Source: a candidate division WOR-3 bacterium | GTDB taxonomy: Bacteria > Hydrothermota > Tepidihabitantia > Tepidihabitantales > Tepidihabitantaceae | Direction: 5' to 3' | Assembly (NCBI GenBank): GCA_037441285.1 | Contig: JBBISL010000004.1 | Location: 61,470-125,469, forward strand | Length of the DNA: 64,000 bases | In this document: positions 50,095-59,361 of the stretch, piece after piece | Position numbering within the stretch: position 1 is the first letter of the stretch | Layout of the letters: every line of letters starts with the position of its first letter | Notes under the pieces: generated by a model | Told to the model about the DNA's origin: nothing | Databases searched by the model: none | Seen by the model: the letters and a program-made list of their open reading frames with translations, nothing else | Translations under genes and position numbers: made by a program

Positions 50095-52698
50095 ATGGTG
50101 TTGTTACTCGTTTTACTCACAACCAGTCCCACTCTTACCAACCTTGTTCAGCAGCAGGACTATCCTGCCGCGGCTCAGTACTGCTACCAGCAGTTAAACA
50201 GGAAACCGGATGACCTGCTAACAATCAAAAACCTCGCCCGGGTGTTTGGCCTCTGGCACAAGTATGACTCCAGCCTGTACTGGTGGGAAAGGGCGCTAAA
50301 GATTAATCCCAATGACGATTCGGCAATTGTCGGTCGCTGGCAGGCGCTCTATGAGCAGAACAAAAACGACTCTTCTCGTCTCGACTCAATCCGGCTTGTG
50401 ATTAAGAACGAGGCGCTCCCCTATTTCCTCGACACCTCCTCTTATCGCAGTCAGGTCCTCGGTTATCAGGGGCTGTCCCTTGCCGACACCGCTCTTGCCC
50501 AGCGTGCCGCAGGTGTTTTAACCGCGCTCTTCCCGGACTCGGCTCTTGGTTACGAGTTGATTGGCGCAATGTTCTACGACTCGCTTTATCCGGTCTGGAA
50601 CAACGACACCGCCAAAGTGCTTGTTATCTCCCGTTTCCTTGCTCGCTACCCAAAAACCGAATGGCGCTCGACATTTTACTTCTTCCTCTTAAGTTCGCTT
50701 TACGGACTTAAAGATACCACCGGGCTGGCGCACATTGCCCAGCAGATGCTTGCCGACGACAGCCTTGACCCATTTCGCTACCGCTACGCCGCCGCGCTAT
50801 TTAACCGGCTACGGTTTCGACCCGCAACCGCCGAACTTTATGCCCGAAGGGCAATCCAACTGGAACCGCGGGCAAAAAAACCACGCAACAAACCTCTGGA
50901 GCAGTGGCAACTCGAATACCCGCCCCTGTACGGTCTTGCCCGTGCCGCACACGCCGAAGCGCTCATAATCCAGAACCGGCACCTTGAAGCCCTACCCTAT
51001 CTCAAAGAGGCAATAAACCAGTTCCGCTGGGATGTTCAGAACGAGATGACCCCGGCACCCTTCTACTGCCTCCTGGGCGAAGTGTATGAGCATCTGGGTA
51101 AAGTTGACAGTGCGGAACTCGCCTACCTGAAAACGCTTGTTTTGGGCGACTCCCGAAACTACTGGGCAAGCCGTGCTGACACCGGACTCCAACGGTTGGG
51201 TATTACCGGTTGCGAACAACTAAAACGGGCGCGCCAACTTTTAAACTACACCGGACCGGTTTTCACCGAGATAACCGACTCGGTTGGACTCACCGGCCGC
51301 ACTGAAACAAGGGTTGCCTGGGGTGACTACAACAACGACGGGTTTGAGGACATTTTGCTTAACGGCTGTCGTCTGTTCCGGAACGACGCCGGCATCCGAT
51401 TTACCGATGTAACCGACTCAATTGGCATCTCGGGAGTTAAAGGACGGGGTGGCATCTGGTTCGACCTCAACAACGACTACTGGCTTGACCTTTATGTCGC
51501 CGGTGCAGACACGGTGGACTATATTCTGAAAAACCATTTCGGTAAATTTACCAATCTCACCGAATCGCTCGGCTCGCCTTCTGACCCTTATCCAACCGAA
51601 GGCGTTGGTGCTGCCGATTTTGACCAGGATGGCTGGGTTGACCTTTACTGCGCCAATTACGAAAACTGGGAAACCCACACCTACTACCCGGACCGGCTCT
51701 ACAAAAACGACCAGGGGTTTTTCAAAAATGTCACCGAAAGTGCCGGTATTCTGCCACCACACGGAGAAAATCTTGCGGGCCGCGGGGTCAACTGGGCAGA
51801 TTTTGATGACGATGGCTATCCCGACTGCTATGTCTCAAACTATCGTCTCGGCCCGAACTTCCTCTGGCACAATAAACGAGACGGCACATTTGAAAACCTT
51901 GCCCCCAAATTAGGTGTCGCCGGGAATGAGGTAAAAGGTTATTATGGGCACTCAATCGGCTCAACCTGGGGGGACTATGACAACGACGGTGACCTTGACC
52001 TGTTTGTTGCCAACCTCGCCCATCCCCGCTACATAGAGTTTTCCAATCGCTCAATCCTGTATGAAAACCGGGGAGAAAACGCAACCCCCCGATTCGTTGA
52101 CCGGCGCGCACAACTGGGTATCCGCTACGAAGAAACGCACTCGGACCCGGCTTGGGCGGATGTGGACAACGATGGTGACCTTGACCTGTTTATCACCTCA
52201 ATCTACGAAGGCAGACGCTCCTTCTTATATCTCAACCAGCTGATTCCCAATGCCCCTTCTGCCATTGACTTCGGTAACTTCCGATTTACAGAGGCAACCT
52301 ATCTCTCCGGAACCCGCACTTTTAATGGCTGGGGCTGTGCCTTTGCCGATTTCGACAACGACGGCGACCAGGATTTGGTTGTTGGTTCTGGTTCGGGTGT
52401 TAAACTGTTTCGCAACGATACCCGTAACCAGAATCACTGGCTCAAGGTAAAAGTGGTCGGCACCAAACACAACGCCGCCGGCATCGGCGCCCGGGTCATT
52501 GTAACTCAGGGGAAAAAACGGTATGTCAGGGAAATTGAAGGCGGCAAAGGAACCACGAGCCAGAACTCATTCATCCAGCACTTCGGCTTGGGAAAATCAG
52601 GTGCGCCGGTAACAGTTGAAGTGCGCTTCGGCATAAATTCTAAGGTGATTCTGAAAGAGGTTCATCCGGACCAGCAGATAACCGTTACCGAACCCTGA
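50095..52698 (+). CDS. TPR + FG-GAP/VCBS repeat + ASPIC/UnbV (CRTAC1-like) protein
   Basis: Repeated WGDYDNDGDLDL motifs; NHWLKVKVVG...GIGARV...QHFGLG tail; N-terminal TPRs. Confidence 0.88.
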   Translation: MVLLLVLLTTSPTLTNLVQQQDYPAAAQYCYQQLNRKPDDLLTIKNLARVFGLWHKYDSSLYWWERALKINPNDDSAIVGRWQALYEQNKNDSSRLDSIRLVIKNEALPYFLDTSSYRSQVLGYQGLSLADTALAQRAAGVLTALFPDSALGYELIGAMFYDSLYPVWNNDTAKVLVISRFLARYPKTEWRSTFYFFLLSSLYGLKDTTGLAHIAQQMLADDSLDPFRYRYAAALFNRLRFRPATAELYARRAIQLEPRAKKPRNKPLEQWQLEYPPLYGLARAAHAEALIIQNRHLEALPYLKEAINQFRWDVQNEMTPAPFYCLLGEVYEHLGKVDSAELAYLKTLVLGDSRNYWASRADTGLQRLGITGCEQLKRARQLLNYTGPVFTEITDSVGLTGRTETRVAWGDYNNDGFEDILLNGCRLFRNDAGIRFTDVTDSIGISGVKGRGGIWFDLNNDYWLDLYVAGADTVDYILKNHFGKFTNLTESLGSPSDPYPTEGVGAADFDQDGWVDLYCANYENWETHTYYPDRLYKNDQGFFKNVTESAGILPPHGENLAGRGVNWADFDDDGYPDCYVSNYRLGPNFLWHNKRDGTFENLAPKLGVAGNEVKGYYGHSIGSTWGDYDNDGDLDLFVANLAHPRYIEFSNRSILYENRGENATPRFVDRRAQLGIRYEETHSDPAWADVDNDGDLDLFITSIYEGRRSFLYLNQLIPNAPSAIDFGNFRFTEATYLSGTRTFNGWGCAFADFDNDGDQDLVVGSGSGVKLFRNDTRNQNHWLKVKVVGTKHNAAGIGARVIVTQGKKRYVREIEGGKGTTSQNSFIQHFGLGKSGAPVTVEVRFGINSKVILKEVHPDQQITVTEP

Positions 52699-52750
52699 TT
52701 AAGTCCAGTTCACCGGTAGGGACCGATGAAAAAATGAGAAAAGGTATTAG

Positions 52751-52778
52751 TTGACATTATTCACTTTGCCTTTAAAAT
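52751..52778 (+). promoter_or_regulatory. sigma70-type promoter of tRNA-Phe-rpsT (TTGACA-N16-TAAAAT)
   Basis: Near-consensus boxes just upstream of the tRNA. Confidence 0.75.
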
Positions 52779-52787
52779 AAATGCGCT

Positions 52788-52860
52788 GCCGGGATAGCTC
52801 AGTTGGTAGAGCACGGGACTGAAAATCCCGGTGTCCACAGTTCGATTCTGTGTCCCGGCA
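52788..52860 (+). tRNA. tRNA-Phe(GAA)
   Basis: GCCGGGA/TCCCGGC acceptor stem, CGGGA-CTGAAAA-TCCCG anticodon arm, GTTCGAT T-loop; followed by CCT rather than CCA. Confidence 0.96.
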
Positions 52861-52889
52861 CCTTTTAGCAATAAGCCAACGGAGGACGA

Positions 52890-53147
52890 TTGGCAAAACG
52901 AACTTTATCGGCAATCAGGCAGGCGAGAAAAAGTCTGCGCCAGCGGATGCGCAATCGCGCTCGTAAAACCGCCCTGAAAAAGGCGGTCAAACTGGTCCGG
53001 GCAGCAAAAACAAAGGAAGAAGCGTTAAAAGCCTTTGTTGCCGCTCAATCGGTAATCGACCGATGTGCCCGGCACCGTGTCATTCATCCGAACACCGCCA
53101 GCCGGCTCAAGGCACGCCTGATGAAGCAAATATCCTATCTCTCATAA
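52890..53147 (+). CDS. rpsT: 30S ribosomal protein S20
   Basis: SAIRQARKS....RNR..KT, IDR......IHPNTASRLKARL; TTG start behind a GGAGG SD. Confidence 0.93.
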   Translation: MAKRTLSAIRQARKSLRQRMRNRARKTALKKAVKLVRAAKTKEEALKAFVAAQSVIDRCARHRVIHPNTASRLKARLMKQISYLS

Positions 53148-53179
53148 ATTCAGCGCCGCTGCCGGGGTGAACAGGGTGA

Positions 53180-54382
53180 ATGAAAGTCCTTTACATCACC
53201 ACCGCTTATCCGAGGTCGGAAAGTGATGTCATAACCCCCTGGCTTGTTGAAACCATTCAGCGCCTTCAAAACAACGGGGTTCAAGTAACCGTATTCACAT
53301 CTTCTTACAAAGGCTTAGGCAACCAGACAATTTTCAAAACGAGGGTAATAAGGTTTCGCTACTTTTTCGCCCGTTGGGAGAATCTCACCCACGATGAAAC
53401 CGCAATTGACCGGGTGCGCAAGGGGTTTCTGAACAAAATTCTTGCCCTCTCGTATCTGCTCTGTGGCACAATCGCCATCTGGCGCCTATGCCGAAATGAG
53501 AAGTTTGACATTATCCATATCCACTGGCCCTTACCTCATTTTCTGTTTGGTTATGTTGCGGCAAAGCTGTGTCGGGCACCAACCGTTATCAGTTTCCACG
53601 GTGCCGAATTGATGGCGGTCCGTCATAAATTCAAAATCCTGCGTCCATTCGTCCGCTGGGCGATTGCCAGGGCAAACCGAATAACCGCCAACTCCACCTA
53701 CACCGTTAAGGCAATTCAGTCGATACTAAATCGGCCCGTGGACATCGTGCCCTTTGGCGCTGGCTTACCAGAAAATCTCCCCAACATCACAAACCAACCC
53801 CAGAGCCAAAATGAGTACAACATCCTATTTGTTGGTCGCCTCGTGGAACGGAAAGGGGTCAATCATCTAATCGAAGCCGCGGCGATTCTCAAACAAAAAC
53901 TGCCGGTGAAAATCAACATCGTTGGCTCGGGTCCGGAAATGAACCGACTTCAGCAACTCACGCGCCATCTTAAACTTGAAGACACCGTGCAGTTTCATGG
54001 CCAGGTTTCTCCGCAACAACTTCAGCACCATTATCAAACCTGTTCGGTATTCGTCCTGCCCGCTGTAATTGACTCTAAAGGCGATACCGAAGGGTTGGGT
54101 GTTGTCTTGATTGAAGCGCTCACCTACCAGAAACCGGTAGTGGCGTCAAGCGTGGGTGGTATCACTGACATAATCATCAATGAAAAAACCGGCATCACCG
54201 TGCCGCCTGCTGATAGCGCCAAACTGGCAGCAGCGATTGAACAGCTACTTACTGACCCCGAACTCGCAGCCCGTCTCGCAGCTGCAGGATGCCACCACAT
54301 TCAGGCAAACTACTCCTGGACAACAATCGTCGAGCGTCTGATTGGTATTTATCAAAAGTTACTCGCCGAAACACGCACCTGA
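53180..54382 (+). CDS. Family 4 glycosyltransferase
   Basis: IIHIHWPLP, LFVGRLVERKG, EGLGVVLIEA, VGGITDII. Confidence 0.92.
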   Translation: MKVLYITTAYPRSESDVITPWLVETIQRLQNNGVQVTVFTSSYKGLGNQTIFKTRVIRFRYFFARWENLTHDETAIDRVRKGFLNKILALSYLLCGTIAIWRLCRNEKFDIIHIHWPLPHFLFGYVAAKLCRAPTVISFHGAELMAVRHKFKILRPFVRWAIARANRITANSTYTVKAIQSILNRPVDIVPFGAGLPENLPNITNQPQSQNEYNILFVGRLVERKGVNHLIEAAAILKQKLPVKINIVGSGPEMNRLQQLTRHLKLEDTVQFHGQVSPQQLQHHYQTCSVFVLPAVIDSKGDTEGLGVVLIEALTYQKPVVASSVGGITDIIINEKTGITVPPADSAKLAAAIEQLLTDPELAARLAAAGCHHIQANYSWTTIVERLIGIYQKLLAETRT

Positions 54383-54383
54383 G

Positions 54384-55355
54384 ATGTCTTTTCAAAACGC
54401 ATCGGCAAAAGGGAAGCTCAACTGGCTCCGCTACACGCTCGGTACCCTGATTGTGCTTCTTTCCTTTTATTTTCTCATCACTCGACTCGTCCGGGATTGG
54501 CGTTCTATACCGTTTGCTGAACTGCACTTCAACCCTTTACTACTCATCCTATCTTACCTCATCCTCCTCTTAATCCACTTTCCCCTCGGTGCCTTTGCCT
54601 GGACTTTACTCCTCAACGGCCTGGGTGAAAAACTTTCCCCTTTGCGTGCCCTTGCCATTCTAACGGTAACCCAGCTGGGCAAATATGCTCCAGGAAAGGT
54701 GTGGTTTACAATCGGCAGGATGTCATTTGCCGCCCGGAACCGGGTGCCAGAAGCCAAGACGCTAATAAGCGTCGTTGTTGAAACCGGATTCCTACTCCTC
54801 GCCGCGGTCTTCCTCTTCGCCATCGCCATCATCTTTTTACCCCGCGCTGTCATACCGCGTGGCGTCTATCTATCCTTTCTGCTCGCGCCATTAACCTTAA
54901 TCGTCACCTATCCACCGATTCTCAACCGGCTGCTTAAATTACTACTCCCGATTTTCAAACAACCGGTGTTTTCCCTTAGGCTTTCCTATGTCCGACTTCT
55001 TGCTATTCTCGGTGTCTATATTCTCGACTGGTTTTTTCAGGGACTGGGCTGTTTTGTTTTGATAAACTCCTTTTATCCCCTCGGTATTGACAAATTACCG
55101 ATTTTGCTCGGCGGCTATTCAATCTCCTGGATTTTAGGATTTATTATTCTGATAGCACCCGCTGGATTGGGGGTTCGGGAAGGAATCTATACATTCATAC
55201 TGAAACTGGTAATGCCCCAGCCTGTTGCTATTATATCAGCGTTGATTACCAGAGTCTGGATGAGCACCAGTGAAGTGGCAATGGCACTCATCTGCCTGCC
55301 ACTACTGCGCAAAGGAGGCAAAGATGGCAAAGAAACACCGCAACCGCCAAATTGA
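54384..55355 (+). CDS. Lysylphosphatidylglycerol-synthase TM-domain (UPF0104, putative flippase) protein
   Basis: QLGKYAPGKVW and APAGLGVREG motifs, multiple TMs; ATG 1 nt after the GT4 stop codon. Confidence 0.85.
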   Translation: MSFQNASAKGKLNWLRYTLGTLIVLLSFYFLITRLVRDWRSIPFAELHFNPLLLILSYLILLLIHFPLGAFAWTLLLNGLGEKLSPLRALAILTVTQLGKYAPGKVWFTIGRMSFAARNRVPEAKTLISVVVETGFLLLAAVFLFAIAIIFLPRAVIPRGVYLSFLLAPLTLIVTYPPILNRLLKLLLPIFKQPVFSLRLSYVRLLAILGVYILDWFFQGLGCFVLINSFYPLGIDKLPILLGGYSISWILGFIILIAPAGLGVREGIYTFILKLVMPQPVAIISALITRVWMSTSEVAMALICLPLLRKGGKDGKETPQPPN

Positions 55356-57807
55356 AACAAAACCGGCAGCCGTTCCGACGCGGCACCGGACCGTTGACTT
55401 TGACCAGCAACCCTATCCGCGACTGGCAATTTTAACCCTCTTTCTCCTGCCCCTTGTTTTTTATGCCCGATTCCTCACCGGTTCGGTAATGCTCTTTGGC
55501 ACCGACTTCATCGGTGCCGGTGGTTATGCTGCCCACCAGTTTATGTCCGAATACATCAGGCGGCATCTCGCAATTGCCCTCTGGCAACCCCCAATCCTCT
55601 GCGGTCAACCAACCGTTGCTGCATTCTTTGGCGACCTGTTCTATCCCACACTTCTTCTCCGTCTGTTTTTGCCGGTTCATATTGTGTGGGCATGGACCTT
55701 CTATATCCACACCTTTCTTGCCGGTCTGGGAACCTATCTCTTCTTAAAAGAACTGAAACTGAACACCCTTGCCGCATTCCTTGCCGGTGTTGCTTATATG
55801 TTCTCAGGCAGCCTCTTGACACTCGCTTATGCCGGTCATGACGGCAGATTGATCGGCTCGGCGCTTATGCCTGTTGCCCTGTTTTTTCTCTGCCGGGGAA
55901 TCAATCGGCGCCAGTTCCTTCTGTTTATCCTGACCGGTTTCATACTCGGCTTACAGCTCCTCTCCGGTCATATCCAGAAAGTTTATTACACCGTCCTGCT
56001 GCTGGTCGCCTACTTCGTTTTTGCCTTCATTCGCACAATTAAACAGGAACACAACCCGAAACTCGCCCTGCGTCTTTTATTGTACTTTATCATCGGCTCC
56101 CTGTTTGCCTTTGGTTTTGCCGCCATTCAGTACCTGCCCATATATGGCAATCTGCCCTACGGCGCCCGCGGCGCAGAACGGGGCTACGAATTTGCCACCT
56201 CCTGGTCGATGCCTATTGCTGAAATCCTTGACCTACTCACCCCTCACTTCTCTGGCAGCCTCTGGCAATACTGGAGCAAAAACCCGTTCAAACTCCACAG
56301 TGAGTATTTAGGCATCCTGCCTCTAATCTTTGCACTGGTGGCGATTTCCCGAATGCGTAAAAAAGCCGAGGTTAAATTTTTTCTTATCACCCTTATTATC
56401 ACCATCCTGATGGCATGGGGCGGTAACACCCCATTTTATCGCATTCCTTACCACCTTCTACCCGGCATAGCCAAATTTCGTGGTCCGGGAATGATATTCT
56501 TCATCGCCAGTTTTTCCATTGCGGTTCTCGCTGGCTACGGCATCAACCACCTTTTAAATTCTGATGAACCGAAAGGAACGAAAACGATAAAAAATCTCCC
56601 CCGCGTCCTGCTCTACGCCGGCGCTGTCATTCTGTTATTTTTCCTCATCGCCCTGATCGCGCGCGGTTTTCTTGCCGGGATTTTCAACCCCGGTCCACGC
56701 CTTCCCCAGTTTGAAACCAACTACCCGTCATTCACTACCGGCTTACTGTTTACCATCCTGATCTGGGTTCTGGGCTGCTTGTTAATTTATCTCCTCAATC
56801 GTAAGCAACTGACACCACTGCCTTTCACAATTATCGTTGCTTTGACAATGACCGTGGACATTGGCATTTCCCTGAAACTCTGGAACAACAATCAGGGCTA
56901 CATCCGTTCTTTACCACCCCCTCAGGAGTATTTTGCCCCGGATGAAGTGGTGCGGTTTCTCAAAACCGACACAACATTTTATCGCGTTCTGCCCTTGAAC
57001 TACGAACGCTCCGATGAAGGCGAACTCTGGCTGCACAACATCTTCTCTACGGGGGGCCAAATACCCAACCCGCTTCAAACTTATCAAGATTTTATCGGTG
57101 CGGGCAAAAGTGTGATGTTTCAGGCGAACAATCTCCTCAACCCCAACTTTATGAACCTATTGAATGTTAAATACATCATCACCTACAACCTTCCCGATGA
57201 TGTCTCCCGTTACGACGCCCAGACCCAGCAATTCATCAACCAGTTAAAACTTTACTTCAGCCAGCCCCAGTTCAAAAAGGCTTTTACCGGTGCCCGCTAT
57301 GCCATCTATGAGAATTCCCGCTACCTGCACCGGGCTTTCGTCGTCAAAAACTGGGAAATCGTCCAGAACAAAGACCAGCTCCTTGCCCGCCTTATGCAAC
57401 CCGACTTTAACCCCGCACACACCGCCTTGCTCTATGAAAATCCCGGAATGGCTTTAACCCCGGACTCCTCTTCGAGCACCGTGCGCATTACCCATTACGA
57501 CGCCAACCGTATAACAGTTCTGGCTTCCCTCACAACTCCCGGGCTCCTGGTCCTAAGCGAAAACTACCATCCGGACTGGAAGGTAACGGTTAATGGCAAA
57601 CCCGCAAAACTACTTCAGGCTTACCATACCCTCCGCGCAGTTATCCTTACCGAAGGTGAACATCAAATTGAGTTCCGCCACCAACCTCGCTATTACAGCC
57701 TGGGTATTGTCCTGACCCTGTTTTCAACTCTATTTCTGATTCTAATCTTGCTGGTCCAAATTTTCCGGGGTCGGCACAACAGGATAACCAAGGCTGATGC
57801 TCGCTGA
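55324..57807 (+). CDS. YfhO-family GT-C membrane glycosyltransferase
   Basis: LWQPPILCGQP, FYP, LLSGHIQ, FRGPG, LVLSENYHPDWKVTVNG; ATG 55324 behind an AAGGAGG SD. Confidence 0.87.
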   Translation: MAKKHRNRQIETKPAAVPTRHRTVDFDQQPYPRLAILTLFLLPLVFYARFLTGSVMLFGTDFIGAGGYAAHQFMSEYIRRHLAIALWQPPILCGQPTVAAFFGDLFYPTLLLRLFLPVHIVWAWTFYIHTFLAGLGTYLFLKELKLNTLAAFLAGVAYMFSGSLLTLAYAGHDGRLIGSALMPVALFFLCRGINRRQFLLFILTGFILGLQLLSGHIQKVYYTVLLLVAYFVFAFIRTIKQEHNPKLALRLLLYFIIGSLFAFGFAAIQYLPIYGNLPYGARGAERGYEFATSWSMPIAEILDLLTPHFSGSLWQYWSKNPFKLHSEYLGILPLIFALVAISRMRKKAEVKFFLITLIITILMAWGGNTPFYRIPYHLLPGIAKFRGPGMIFFIASFSIAVLAGYGINHLLNSDEPKGTKTIKNLPRVLLYAGAVILLFFLIALIARGFLAGIFNPGPRLPQFETNYPSFTTGLLFTILIWVLGCLLIYLLNRKQLTPLPFTIIVALTMTVDIGISLKLWNNNQGYIRSLPPPQEYFAPDEVVRFLKTDTTFYRVLPLNYERSDEGELWLHNIFSTGGQIPNPLQTYQDFIGAGKSVMFQANNLLNPNFMNLLNVKYIITYNLPDDVSRYDAQTQQFINQLKLYFSQPQFKKAFTGARYAIYENSRYLHRAFVVKNWEIVQNKDQLLARLMQPDFNPAHTALLYENPGMALTPDSSSSTVRITHYDANRITVLASLTTPGLLVLSENYHPDWKVTVNGKPAKLLQAYHTLRAVILTEGEHQIEFRHQPRYYSLGIVLTLFSTLFLILILLVQIFRGRHNRITKADAR

Positions 57808-59320
57808 AAACGGGCGATTGACCCGAAAAGAATTTTTTCTTGCCCTGTTTGTTTTTGTCATCACCCTGACGGCTCACCTGTTTCGCCTCAATTACTGGAC
57901 CCCGCTGCCCGATGAAATCAACTACGCCCTTTCCGCCCGATACCTCGTTACTCATCGAACACCCATTGGCAACGACATTATGTTTTTCCCGCCCCTCTTT
58001 GTCTATATTGCCGCGTTACTTCAGAAATCTGGTTCCGAACTGCTTCTCTCAGTCCGGTTGATTTCGGCTGTCGCCGGGGCTCTGTTACTTGCCTCTCTAT
58101 ATTTTGCCCTGCGTTCCCATTACCGCCAATTAACCGCTCTTATTACTACTGGCGTTGTCTTCTCGTTATTCGCCTTTCATTTATACAGCCGGCTCGGTCA
58201 GGTTGAAATTCTCCTGCTGATGTTTATCGTGTTCAGTATAACATCAGTTCTCTATAAAAAACCATTTTGGGCTGGGCTGTTTTTAGGTATGGCACTATGG
58301 GTAAAAGAAACCGCTTTAGGCGTACTTCTCAGCTTCCTTATTTTTTACTTATTGCAACCCACAAACCGGAAACGGTCAATCGCCCTATTCTTTGCAGGCT
58401 TGGCGGCTCCGGTCATATTGCTCATCACCCTCGGGTATGTTTTCGGGCAGAACCTGCTTTTCGAAATAAGCGCAAGCCGGGGTTACGACATCAATATGTT
58501 AAAACTATCACCTTTTGCCAACTTCATCGCTACCGGCGCCAACCTTAGCTTCAACCTTTTCCCTAGGCTGTTTTACAAATGGGAATTTCTGACATTTATC
58601 CTCTTTGCGCCCCTTACCACACTTTTTTTCCTATCCCTGACGATTTTCCGGGCGGTGAAATTCCGCCCATTCCCGTTGTTAGTAACCTGCTACCTTTTAG
58701 TTCATCTGACTTTCTTCTTCTTTTTCTCCCGCAAGTTCGACTACTACTTCCTGCCCGCCGCGCTCCTGATAACAGCCGGAGGTACCTGTGAACTGTTTGA
58801 AAAAGAGGTGCCGACTCGATTGCGGTTTATTGGAAAAGTACTGGTTTCTCTGCTGGTAATATTCAACATTTATGCCAACAGTTTTCTCTACTTTAACCGC
58901 GGCACCCACCAATCCTTTGAAACCGCAATCAGCAAAATCCCAGCCCGAACCGCAGTCGCAACATCACACCCAACGCTTGTTGCCTATCTTGCTCAACGCG
59001 CCAGAAAATATCTTGAAATTGTACCACTTTTCGAACCACGCGGTTATCATCTAAATCAAAAAGCATTGACCGATTCCACTGTAACCGCCGTCATTGTAAA
59101 AAAGTACTACTTTGACCGTTTGCGCAACACCTATCCTATCGACTGGGACAGTCTTCTGTACCGGTTCCCGGTCCAGGAAGACCATATCGACTCAACCTGG
59201 TCGCTTTGGCTGATTACAAAAAATCAAATTATCCGGCAATCCAGTTTTCTCAAAAGCCTTGCCGAATTCGCCAAAACCACCGGCGTTGTCATCCTTCGAC
59301 GCGCCTCCGAACCATACTAA
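57797..59320 (+). CDS. ArnT/PMT-like (GT-C) membrane glycosyltransferase
   Basis: PDEINY after the first TM, FPPLF, VRLISA, YSRLGQVE, KET, many TMs. Confidence 0.8.
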   Translation: MLAENGRLTRKEFFLALFVFVITLTAHLFRLNYWTPLPDEINYALSARYLVTHRTPIGNDIMFFPPLFVYIAALLQKSGSELLLSVRLISAVAGALLLASLYFALRSHYRQLTALITTGVVFSLFAFHLYSRLGQVEILLLMFIVFSITSVLYKKPFWAGLFLGMALWVKETALGVLLSFLIFYLLQPTNRKRSIALFFAGLAAPVILLITLGYVFGQNLLFEISASRGYDINMLKLSPFANFIATGANLSFNLFPRLFYKWEFLTFILFAPLTTLFFLSLTIFRAVKFRPFPLLVTCYLLVHLTFFFFFSRKFDYYFLPAALLITAGGTCELFEKEVPTRLRFIGKVLVSLLVIFNIYANSFLYFNRGTHQSFETAISKIPARTAVATSHPTLVAYLAQRARKYLEIVPLFEPRGYHLNQKALTDSTVTAVIVKKYYFDRLRNTYPIDWDSLLYRFPVQEDHIDSTWSLWLITKNQIIRQSSFLKSLAEFAKTTGVVILRRASEPY

Positions 59321-59349
59321 TTGACACCCGGCGGTTTCCCAACTATTCT
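59321..59349 (+). promoter_or_regulatory. sigma70-type promoter (TTGACA-N17-TATTCT)
   Basis: Starts immediately after the GT-C stop codon; 12 nt before ATG 59362; no SD sequence. Confidence 0.6.
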
Positions 59350-59361
59350 TATATTTAACAA

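Noticed and set aside
9602..52860. tRNAs as integration sites of genomic islands
   Set aside because: No integrase and no duplicated tRNA 3' ends were seen.
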